Of a stretch of DNA of 64,000 nucleotides, positions 37,791 through 48,525 are shown piece by piece. The first letter of the stretch is position 1; each line of letters starts with the position of its first letter. This DNA comes from Mobula hypostoma (Eukaryota). The notes beneath the pieces are model-generated. The model had not been told where the DNA came from, searched no databases, and saw only the letters and a list, made by a program, of their open reading frames with translations. The translations under genes were made by a program, and so were the position numbers. The stretch spans positions 219,544,001-219,608,000 of the forward strand of contig NC_086097.1 in assembly GCF_963921235.1 (NCBI RefSeq). The letters are read 5' to 3'.

Positions 37791-40700
37791 ATATCTTTCC
37801 ATTTTCCAAGCTTATCCTCCTTGCCATCAGTAACACCACCAATTTTAGTGACAACTGCAAAATCACCAATCATAGCTCCAGCTTTTTATCCAAGTTTTAA
37901 TGTTAATGACAAGCAGTAAGGGTTCCAGCACCAAGCCTTGCAGTTCATCTGCCAAAGCAGATGGACCTGTGGCTTAATGTCTAATCCAGGAGACTATGGC
38001 AATGGCAGTGCAGAACTCTCCCAGCATTGCACTGAAACTGGTTTTTTTTTAATCGAAGCCTCAGAGTAGGACTTGAATCCATTACTGTCTGACACAGAAG
38101 CGGCAATGCCATTCACTGACCCAAAGACAGCCCAGAAAACACGTGTCCTATTGAAGATTAAAATAATTCTCTAAAAAATAATTAATATTTTTGCAAAGGG
38201 GAAAAAGAACTTACTTTCTCTTTACTGTGGTCTCATCACAGGAGAGAATCATGTGGCTGCCTTAGGTAATCCAAGATTGGCACACTTTGAGGATAACAGC
38301 TGGCAATTCTTCTGTTGCATGGTGTTGGTACCATCAAGTTACAAATCTCTTATGAGAATCTCGTCCTCGGGGATTTCAGCATCCTGAAGCAATGGACACG
38401 ACAGGCGAGTCAAGGAGGCTAAAGTAACCAACAAGCAGCACTTGTGAGTGTGAGATAAACCTCGAAGCATTTTGAAGTCTGAAGCTATTATTGCATTTTT
38501 TTAGAACAAACCATGTAAAAGCAAAGCAATTCAGCTATTATGTTGTTGCTTAAACAATTTACTTTTAACTATTTTCCAAAATTCTTGTTTATTTTACCTA
38601 AAGAAAAAAATTGAACCATACAATTTCTAAATGACATCTACATGGTGAGCTTAACTTTCAATATGATTTTAATCCCTGTCTGCAGCTGGCCTATTTTGTT
38701 TTAATATTGTACTTTTAAGCTTGATTGATTCACAGCAGTTTACATGCTGAAAATTAGAGCAGCCTGGAACCGACTGTTATACCTGACAGAAATGATTTCA
38801 GGTCTGTTTTTCAGATGATTTAAAAACAAACTAAAAAAGAGAGGAGGAATCCCAAGGGTCCAGCGTTTGGTAGAGGCTTTCTGTTGATACTAAATAGGGG
38901 AAGCACATGGGCCGTCATCTGTTTTTACAAGTGGAAACTCGGCCTTCATGTGTTTGTACAAGTGAAAGGTGGTTTCAAATAACTAGCCTTTCGCTGGCTG
39001 GGAACAGCCATTCATTGTGGAGAAATATAAAGCAACCACATAAATGTTGCTGAACTGAAGTCATTTATGTATTATTTGGGTTCTTGCTTGTATTCTCAAA
39101 TCAAAACCACTGTTACCTAAAATCCTTACTAATTACTACAGACAATTGTTTCAGAGAGAAAACAAACACTTTGGTTTTATTGTTGGTTGAGCCTGTTATA
39201 CTCTATTAATCATCAATTTAATGGAATTTACAGGGGAGAAAAATGAAGGTCTACTTTGTATGTTGCTTAATTATGTTGTTAGGCAACAATATAATAGCTG
39301 ATCTGCTACAATCCCAATCAGACAGCAAAGGGTGCAAAACAATTTGAAGAAGACCTCAGATACTATGTGCTGACTAGAAAGTTTGGCTGGAAATCGCAGC
39401 ACGCATCGTCATGTTTTCCTGCAAAATGTAACAGGAAATTGAGGACTTAATGTATGTTGCATAAACTCCTCCTTGAGCCTGACGTGTGAGCCCATGGTGA
39501 AGCCCGACGTGCTCAGTGGCGACCCTACACCACGCAATGCATGCCTGGCCACTAGCTTGGGGTGCAAGTACAGAAGAAAGACTTTACAATGCTTGTGAGG
39601 TCAGCTTCAATTGTACTTCAAGGAGATTCCATGTCTGTGGAGTCCGCCATCAGAACCTGCCTTGGGTTGGTGTACTCCTTAAGTAATGTTCCTACCTTGG
39701 TTTGCCCTGAGTGCTTTCAGTCTTGTTTGTAACTCTTAATCCTTTTAGTTTTCTGAACTTCACCTATTGTCAGCCTGGCCAACCAGTGGATAACACTAAT
39801 GAATATCCTGAATCAAATTCTCATTCACCTTGCAACCAACACTCACAATCATCATTGTCTACTGTGAAGGCATTTAATTGTTTTAAATGGTACATTATGG
39901 TTATTTGAAAGTTCGCTTCTGTGCTCTTCATTTTTAAGACATTGCCTTTATATAAAGCTCTTGTTTACAGTATTCTTTTACATTCCCAGATGTTGCCTGA
40001 TTGAATCTGTGACCCAGTGTTTCTTCTGTCATACATTGAAAGGTCAAAATATATGTAACAAATCATCAAATTAAATAGTAATATAGTAGCAGTATTTAGT
40101 TTGTGGTGTGAAGTGTAATAAAGGTAAGCACATATACACAAGAATAATAACTCAAGCTGTAAATCCAGTTAGAAATACCAAATTACAGAATTCTGATTTA
40201 TTGCATTTAAATTGCCTGCAACAGATGTCTCAATCAAAGTCTTCCCATCTAATAAACGTATTATTGCTTTGTTCCCATGACATTATCAATGTTTTCTCAA
40301 TTATGTAAAAGAATGTTGCAAGTCATTAACTTTTGCTATCTTACTGTTACAGTGCTTTATTTTTATGTGCATTGGGTAATATTAATGAATTGCCACAGGA
40401 CTTTTCAATCATTAATTTGTAATATAGGAATAAAAGTTTTCAGACTCTGCAGCTCTGCAATGTGATTATGTTCCTCTATAGTACTTAGTTTGAAGATAGG
40501 AGTGAGGCTGATGGTACACGTTGAGGTCCCCTTATCCGAAAAGCCAATCCAAAACCTCCAAAATCCAAAATTTGTTTGAGACATCACAAGACATCACAAT
40601 TGGAAAATTCCACAAGACGCTGGTCTCTGTGCACCCCAAACAGTTCCGAGAAGTGACCTCACATATGTAGTAAACAGAAGTTAACAGAAAATAGAAAAAC

Positions 40701-41186
40701 ACTGATTAAAGTGAAAAATGAAGACCTTGTTCGTGTATTGAAAGAATGGATTCATCAGCACTGGATTCATAAGTATGCTGATCATGAAACAAGCAAAGAT
40801 CTATCACAACAAACTGAAAATTGAAGGTAATTGTGAATACTCAGCAGGCTGTGGGAAGAAGAACGTCAGGGTTGTTCACTGCATACATCTCAGTCTGTGG
40901 TCTCCATCAGTCAGAGATGACCATGGATACTGTGTCCTAGCTGTCTAGATATGCAAGCCTGGTTAGTACGATATGGAGAACAGGCTGTTGGCCATGTAGC
41001 AAATTTCCCCTCTCCACGCATCTGATGGAACAACAGAGACGATACAGTTTGGTACCAGCAGCATCGCAGGAGTTGCCAGTCAGCATTGAACTCAATGTAG
41101 GACTGTCTTGGGGATTCCAGCCCCAGACTTTTCCCTCGGGGTTTATTCCTGAAGCCGTCCCCATAAGTGGGTATAGCCATAAGGCA

Positions 41187-41487
41187 ACACACATCAAAGT
41201 TGCTGGTGAACGCAGCAGGCCAGGCAGCATCTCTAGAAAGAGGTACAGTCGACATTTCAGGCCGAGACCCTTCGTCAGGACTAACTGAAGGAAGAGTTAG
41301 TAAGAGATTTGAAAGTGCTCCCACTTTCAAATCTCTTACTAACTCTTCCTTCAGTTAGTCCTGACGAAGGGTCTCGGCCTAAAATGTCGACTGTACCTCT
41401 TTCTAGAGATGCTGCCTGGCCTGCTGCGTTCACCAGCAACTTTGATGTGTGTTGCTTGAATTTCCAGCATCTGCAGAATTCCTGTTG
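41187..41487. mobile_element. Palindromic Penelope pLTR insertion with two opposed hammerhead motifs
   Basis: Arms 41184-41317 and 41322-41455 (134 bp, one mismatch seen) around loop ctcc; 14-bp TSD atagccataaggca at 41173-41186 and 41488-41501. Confidence 0.95.
41247..41282 (-). ncRNA. Minimal hammerhead motif (left arm of the palindrome)
   Basis: The minus strand reads agtc-CTGACGA-A-GGGTCTCGGCCT-GAAA-t-GTC-gact. The right-arm copy at 41357-41392 has GAAA changed to AAAA. Confidence 0.75.
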
Positions 41488-43358
41488 ATAGCCATAAGGC
41501 ACGGAGGTTTGAAATCAGAATTTTCCTTCTCCTAGGTGAGCTACCAACCTGGCTGACAAGTCCCATCTGCCCGAAGTGACTGGTTTTAAGGCACCTGTGA
41601 CCCGCCTTTGCTCCTCCTCCTGTCAGTAGAAATGGTTCCATCGGGCTTAGTAGCTAAGTCACATGTGAAGGCCAGGAGCTGGGGTTGGTTGTCAGAGACT
41701 ATTGGAGCCGTACGCCATTGGGAGCATTTTATAGGTGGTTGAAGCTTGTCTGCAATGCTGATTGCTTTTTTACCTTACATCAAACCTAACAAAAAAGGTA
41801 AAACACAAATACAGCATTCTGTAACAATTTAATCAAAACACAGCATCATAGATGGAGACTGAAAGCCTGCCGTAGTTGGTTGTTGTTCAACAGCTGATTC
41901 AGGTATTCCCCTGATGCTGCTCTGCTGCTTTTGTTACCCAGCACACATTCATTTTTTCACTATATCAATGGTATGAAATAACTTTTTCTGTCCAGTACTT
42001 ACAAATGTAAGACAAAGATTGCTTGCCAGTAGCTCATAAATTCAAACAGAAATCATGTTGATCCCAAGCTAGCTCATTATATATATTCTAAAATCCAGAA
42101 AAAAGTTCTGAAATCCAAAACAATTGTGGCCCTAAGCATTTCAGATAAGGGATACTCAACACTTTAACTGGTTAAATGGTGATTAAATATTGTCCTGTGA
42201 TTAAGTGAGTGTTCAATAGGTAGTTGGGCCAGTATCTCTCAATAAATAAATAAATAATGTGATAGATAGGTAAATAAGTAAATAAATAAGATTTTTTAAA
42301 TAGGAATAGCCACAAGTCATAAAGCCCCTCAATTCAACAAGATTGTGGTTGATCTACTCATATGGCACATTAGACATCCTTGGAACCAGTCGTGAAACTT
42401 TGTTCCATTCCCACTATAACCAAACTATCATTCTTTAAGAAAGGAGACCAAAATTCTGTATACTACTCCAGGTGTGAACTTGTTGAAGCTCTATATAATT
42501 ATCATAAGACTTCCTCACTCTTACACTCAAATCCTCTTGCAATAAAGGATAATAAACCACTTGTCTCTCTAATTGCTTTTGAAGCCTCTTTGCATTCTCA
42601 TCATCACTTACATTCACATTTAGTTTCGTGTCATCAGCATACTTGGAAATGATACATTTGATCTCCAGCCAAAATGTTGCCACATTTGTTTATTAATACT
42701 AATTTCCTCAAATTCCTTACTTGCACTGGAGCCTTGTGGAAGCCTTTTGTGTCTTATTCCGAGAAGAATGAAACAAATGTTTGTCTTGCTGTGGTTTTTA
42801 TTAGTTAAAAAAATCTCACTAGCTGCTTTTATTCTTCTCTCTCACTTACTAAAAATATTCTGTTTTCACTTTATCCGGATTATTTTTTGGTCCTTGCTTA
42901 AATCTAAAAAGCATCTTGTCCTTGGACTTCATGGTTTACCTTAGATTTCATACTTTTAAATTATCTTGCAATGCATTATTGGACCAATTTTGTTTTCTAT
43001 AAGGAATGCAAATATGTAAAGTTTCTTTAAATGCTACCTATTGCAAGCAAGTACTGTTGTACCACAGCTACACTGTCTCTCATGGCTTCCAAAGCTGGCC
43101 TTCATGTTTCATACCTTAATGATAAGACATGGATCTATGAAGCTAAATGCACTTGCTCTGTCAGTGAGAATTCAGTTAAGGTGTGGTAAGATAAGTTTTC
43201 TCCCTGTGATATATAGTGAAGTAATGGATTGTCAAAGCCTGCATTACATCTAATTCACTTCAACTATTCTTATTTCCATTGAAGTTGACAGAAATAAAAA
43301 TCAGGAACAAGGTGGTTGCTAACTTGTCGTCTGTTAAACAGATGACAACAAGTTAATT

Positions 43359-43509
43359 CAAGAGATCCTGCAGATGCTAGAAATCTTGAGCAACACACAA
43401 ACAAAATGCTGGAGAAACTCAGTTAGTCAGGCAACATCAAAACTTGTTGAGTTCCTCCAACATTTTGTGTGTGTCGCCCAAGTTTTCCAGCATCTGCAGA
43501 ATCTTTTGT
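43359..43509. mobile_element. Older fold-back pLTR insertion without a hammerhead
   Basis: ctgcagatgctagaaa...caaaatgctggagaaactca / tgagttcctccaacattttg...tttccagcatctgcag; ttaatt on both sides. Confidence 0.75.
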
Positions 43510-44139
43510 ATTAATTTACTACCACCTGCTTTACACAACTACATAAAATATACCCCAATAGTCTTGCCTCAAAGCAACATGCACTCAGTGGCTACTTATC
43601 AGGTAATTCCTGTAACTAATGAAGTGGCCACTGACTGTATGTTCATGGACTCCTCCTGCTGTAGCCCATCCAGTTCAAGGTTCGACATGTTGTGTTTTCA
43701 AAGATGTTCTTCTATGCACCACTGTTGTAAGGCGTGATCGCTTGAGTTACTGTCACCTTCCTGTCAGCTTGAACTAGTCTGGCCATTCTCCTCTGACCTC
43801 TCTCATTAATAAGGCATTTGCAGTTTGAGTTTCTAGGATACACACACTTCGCCATTTGGCACCAACAATCATTCCACAGTCAAAGTCCCTTAATCAAATT
43901 TCTTCCCCATTCTAACCTATCTATAGTTCTTTTCACTCTCCTTACTTTCCCACATTGTATCATCTGTCACCACACCTTTGGTGCTTTCAGCCTGATCACT
44001 GATATAAAATGGAAAAAATGTGCGGACATTGTGCGGACCAGCAACAAAGCCTTCTTTGGCAACTCAAAATAGTCCCTCTGTTTCCTGCGAACCAGTCAAT
44101 CTTCTATCTATGATGGCATGTTACTTCCTACAGCATCAG

Positions 44140-44932
44140 CTTATATGATGGCAGATAGAGTTCAACCCAGATAAGTGTGAGGTGGTTCATTTTGGTAGGT
44201 CAAATATGATGGCAGAATATAGTGTTAATGTTAAGACTCTTGACAGTGTGGAGGATCAGAGGGATCTTGGGGTCTGAGTCTATAGGACACTCAAAGCTGC
44301 TGCGCAGGTTGACTCTGTGGTTAAGAAGGCATATAGTGTACTGGCCTTCATCAACCGTGGGATTGAGTTTAAGGGCCGAGAGGTAATGTTACAGTTATAT
44401 AAGACCCTGGTCAGACCACACTTGGAGTACTGTGCTCAGTTCTGATCACCTCACTACAGGAAGGATGTGGAAACCATAGAAAGGGTGCAGAGGAGATTTA
44501 CAAGGATGTTGCCTGGTTTGGGGAGCATACCTTATGAGAATAGATTGAGTGAACTTGGCCTTTTCTCCTTGGAGTGACGGAGGATGAGAGGTGACATGAA
44601 AAGGTGTATAAGATGATGAGAGGCATTGATTTTGTGGATAGTCAGAGGCTTTTTCCCAGGGTTGAAATGGCTAACAATTGAGGGCACAGTTTTAAGGTGC
44701 TTGGAAGTAGGTACAGAGGAGATGTTAGGGGTAAGTTGTTTACGCAGAGAGTGGTGAGTGTGTGGAATGGGATGCCAGCGACAGTGGTGGAGGAGGATAC
44801 GATAGGGTCTTTTAAGAGACTCTTGGATAGGTACATGGAGCTCAGAAAAATAGGGGGCTAAGGGTAACCCTAGGTAATTCCTAGGGCCAAAGGGCCTGTA
44901 TTGTGCTGTTGGTTTTCTATGTTTCTATGTTT
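44140..44932 (+). mobile_element. CR1 3' fragment
   Basis: Highly similar to 36980-37790; TTTCTATG tail. Confidence 0.9.
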
Positions 44933-45559
44933 TATTTCTGTAATTATATTTGATGCAGCACCTTATCAAATGCCTTCTGGAAACCTGCTGATTCCCCATT
45001 TTCTACCTGACATGTTACTTCTTGAAAGATCTCCAATCATTGCTATTTCTTGCTACTTCTTTCATTTTTGAATTAAAGAATTATACTTGCTGTTTCCATC
45101 CATTGGAGTCTTCTGCCCATCTAAGGAACTTTGGAAAGTTGAAACCAAAATATCAGTTTAGTAATCCACCAGGATCAGAAGACTTGTTACTCTAGAGCGC
45201 CAATAATTTGCTTAGCATTACATTTCTAGTGATTATCATTTTAATATTATAGAGTAATAAAGTATGGAAACAGGCTCTTCAGCCCAACTGTTCTGTACTG
45301 ACCACATTTGGCCCATAACCCTCCAAGCTGTTCCTCACCATGTACCTACCAAAGCTTATCTTAAATATTGCAATTGCACCCATTTTGACCACTTCCTTCG
45401 AAAGCTCATTCCAGTTACTCAATACCCAGTGTGCAAAGAAGCTACCTCTCAAATCTCTTAAAGCTTTTCCCTCTTATCTTACAGTATATCTGCACTGTCT
45501 AGTGTTGGTCTCTCCAACCCTCGGGAAAAGACTATTCCCACCTTATCCATAGCAGTATC

Positions 45560-46075
45560 ACAGGACCAGGGGTACAGACAACACACAGAATATATAGTAA
45601 ATTATACATATATTATACAGTACTGAGGCTGAAACAATTATACATTGATGAAAAAAAACCAGACGTTAGTGCAAGAAGAAAGGCACAATCAAAGACACAT
45701 CCATAGCAGTGTAAGAAGTAGTCTGTAGGTTTCAATTACAGAGGTAAGGTGAGGATTGTTCAGGTCAGTTCAAAGAATCTGATAGAAGTAGGAAAGTAGC
45801 TGTTCCTGAACCTGGTGGTGTGGGACTCCAGGCTTCTGTACCTCCTGTCTAGCAGTAGCAATGAGAAGAGGGCATGATATGGTTGTTGGGGATCCCTGAC
45901 GATATATGGTACCTCCTTGAGGCAGCACTTCCTGCAGATGTTGCCAGTGGTGGAGAGCTGTGCCTGTGTTGGACTATCAATTTCTGCAGTCTCTTGTGTT
46001 GCTGTGTGTTGGAATGACTGTACACTGTGGGACCATTGTGCTCAAATCTGTGAAGAATCTGCATTGTATTTTTCA
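45560..46075 (-). mobile_element. Rex1-type LINE 3' fragment, preceded by an old CR1 end at about 45250-45550
   Basis: HKRLQK-like peptide; similar to the antisense of 16300-16520. Confidence 0.55.
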
Positions 46076-46979
46076 TTGTATTTTAAACATTCCTTTGAAG
46101 AATTCTCAGAAATGTACACAACATTGTATTTAACCTGAATTGGACTAGGATATTATTATTCCCCTAAATAAGAGTTGTCAAGATATGAAACCTTATCAAA
46201 TGTGCTATTTACTGTAGCTTTGGAGTCTGAGAAGCTGATTTTTATTCCTACCTTTTCTTTCTGGTCTCCAGACAAATCAGGATGCATGTTGTCACATTCC
46301 CCTCAGCATCTTTGCAAAGTCTTCAATATGGAATCATAAAATGTTATATGATATACTCTTGTAGATGTATAAATTACTAATGAAAAGAAACTAAAATAGT
46401 AGCAAGGCATAATTTATCACTTTATCTGTCTGTATGTACACATTGCTATATTAATTGACTTCAAGTCCATTTCTAAAATTAATGAATCTGTTAAAGATTT
46501 CAGTCATTAATTAATAAGGGAAACAAAACGTATGATTCCCTGGGGCTGATCAACTTGGTCCCAGTCCATTTCAGTAATGGGCTAATAACATAATACATGT
46601 GCTCTGAGAGCTTTACTTTCCATCTGGAACTCCTACTCTCATTCAGTGCAGGAGCTACAATCTAAAACTACCCAATCTTCTTTGTAAGACTTGCTCTTGG
46701 AGTTGAGCAAGGCAGGAGTTATCAACAACCTCATTTGCCCTGCAAACAATTGATATCGTTATTGGCATTGATTTATTATTGTCACATGTACAGTGAGGAG
46801 CTTATCTTGCATACTGTCTATACAGATCAAATCATGACAGTGTACTGAGCTAGAATAAGGTAAAAGAACAACAATGCAGAATACAGTGTAAAAGCAAACA
46901 AAACAGTGCAGTACCCGTAAAGAATAACGTGCAAGGTTATAATGAGGAGGATTTGGGGGCCAAAAGTCCATTTTATCAT

Positions 46980-48525
46980 AGAAACATAGAAACATAGAAA
47001 ATAGGTGCAGGAGTAGGCCATTCGGCCCTTTGAGCCTGCACCGCCATTTATTATGATCATGGCTGATCATCCAACTCAGAACCCTGCACCAGCCTTCCCT
47101 CCATACCCCCTGATCCCCGTAGCCACAAGGGCCATATCTAACTCCCTCTTAAATATAGCCAATGAACTGGCCTCAACTGTTTCCTGTGGCAGAAAATTCC
47201 ACAGATTCACCACTCTCTGTGTGAAGAAGTTTTTCCTAATCTCAGTCCTAAAAGGCTTCCCCTTTATCCTCAAACTGTGACCCCTTTTTCTGGACTTCCC
47301 CAACATCAGGAACAATCTTCCTGCATCTAGCCTGTCCAATCCCTTTAGGATTTTATACGTTTCAATCAGATCCCCCCTCAATCTTCTAAATTCCAACGAG
47401 TACGAGCCTAGTTCATCCAGTCTTTCTTCATATGAAAGTCCTGCCATCCCAGGAATCAATCTGGTGAACCTTCTTTGTACTCCCTCTATGGAAAGGATGT
47501 CTTTCCTCAGATTAGGGGACCAAAACTGCACACAGTACTCCAGGTGTGGTCTCACCAAGGCCTTGTACAACTGCAGTAGTACCTCCCTGCTCCTGTTCTC
47601 AAATCCTCTCGCTATAAATGCCAGCATACCATTCGCCTTTTTCACCGCCTGCTGTACCTGCATGCCCACTTTCAATGACTGGTGTATAGTGACACCCAGG
47701 TCTCGTTGCACCTCCCCTTTTCCTAATCGGCCACCATTCAGATAATAATCTGTTTTCCTATTTTTGCCACCAAAGTGGATAACTTCACATTTATCCACAT
47801 TAAATTGCATCTGCCATGAATTTGCCCACTCACCCAACCTATCCAAGTCACCCTGCATTCTCTTGGCATCCTCCTCACAGCTAACACTGCCACCCAGCTT
47901 CGTGTTATCTGCAAACTTGGAGATGCTGCTTTTAATTCCCTCATCCAAGTCATTAACATATATTGTAAACAACTGGGGTCCCAGCACTGAGCCTTGCGGT
48001 ACCCCACTAGTCACTGCCTGCCATTCTGAAAAGGTCCCGTCTATTCCCACTCTTTGCTTCCTGTCTGCTAACCAATTCTCTATCCACATCAATACTTTAC
48101 CCCCAATACTGTGTGCTTTAAGTTTGCACACTAATCTCCTGTGTGGGACCTTGTCAAAAGCCTTTTGAAAATCCAAATATACCACATCCACTGGTTCTCC
48201 CCTATCCACTCTACTAGTTACATCCTCAAAAAATTCTATGAGATTCGTCAGACATGATATTCCTTTCACAAATCCATGCTGACTTTGTCCGATCATTTCA
48301 CTGCTTTCCAAATGTGCTGTTATCACATCTTTGATAACTGACTCCAGCAGTTTCCCCACTACTGACGTTAGGCTAACTGGTCTATAATTCCCCGGTTTCT
48401 CTCTCCCTCCTTTTTTAAAAAGTGGGGTTACATTAGCCACCCTCCAATCCTCAGGAACTAGTCCAGAATCTAACGAGTTTTGAAAAATTATCACTAATGC
48501 ATCCACTATTTCTTGGGTTACTTCC
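46980..48525 (-). mobile_element. Young 5'-truncated CR1 with an uninterrupted RT frame
   Basis: ORF 47076..48536 (486 aa: [37 protein letters not shown]); (CATAGAAA)3 tail; TSD ttatcat at 46973-46979 and 48526-48532. Confidence 0.95.

Larger units (their letters stand above)
40899..41750 (-). mobile_element. Non-autonomous RTE-related element nested in the Tigger
   Basis: GC-rich non-coding body. Its 3' end (gcgtggagagggg...ccatggtc...gactgatggagacc) resembles that of the SINE at 23570-23869. Confidence 0.55.
40517..42163 (+). mobile_element. Tigger/pogo DNA transposon relic (Tigger4/Zombi-like)
   Basis: TA then cacgttgaggtccccttatccgaaa at the left end; aagcatttcagataagggatactcaac at the right end. 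CENP-B-type HTH peptides KNEDLVRVLKEWIHQ and MLIMKQAKIYHNKLKIEGNCEYSAG lie at about 40715-40850. Confidence 0.85.

Noticed and set aside
40911..41641. Several ORFs with repeated peptides (LLVNAAGQAASL...)
   Set aside because: They are translations of the palindromic pLTR, not genes. The same applies to 526..885 and 24963..25232.
24975..43509. Classifying the hairpin inserts as DNA-transposon MITEs or miRNA genes
   Set aside because: The arms are asymmetric, the inversion points and TSD lengths vary, and the sequence matches the 3' ends of GIY-YIG Penelope copies.
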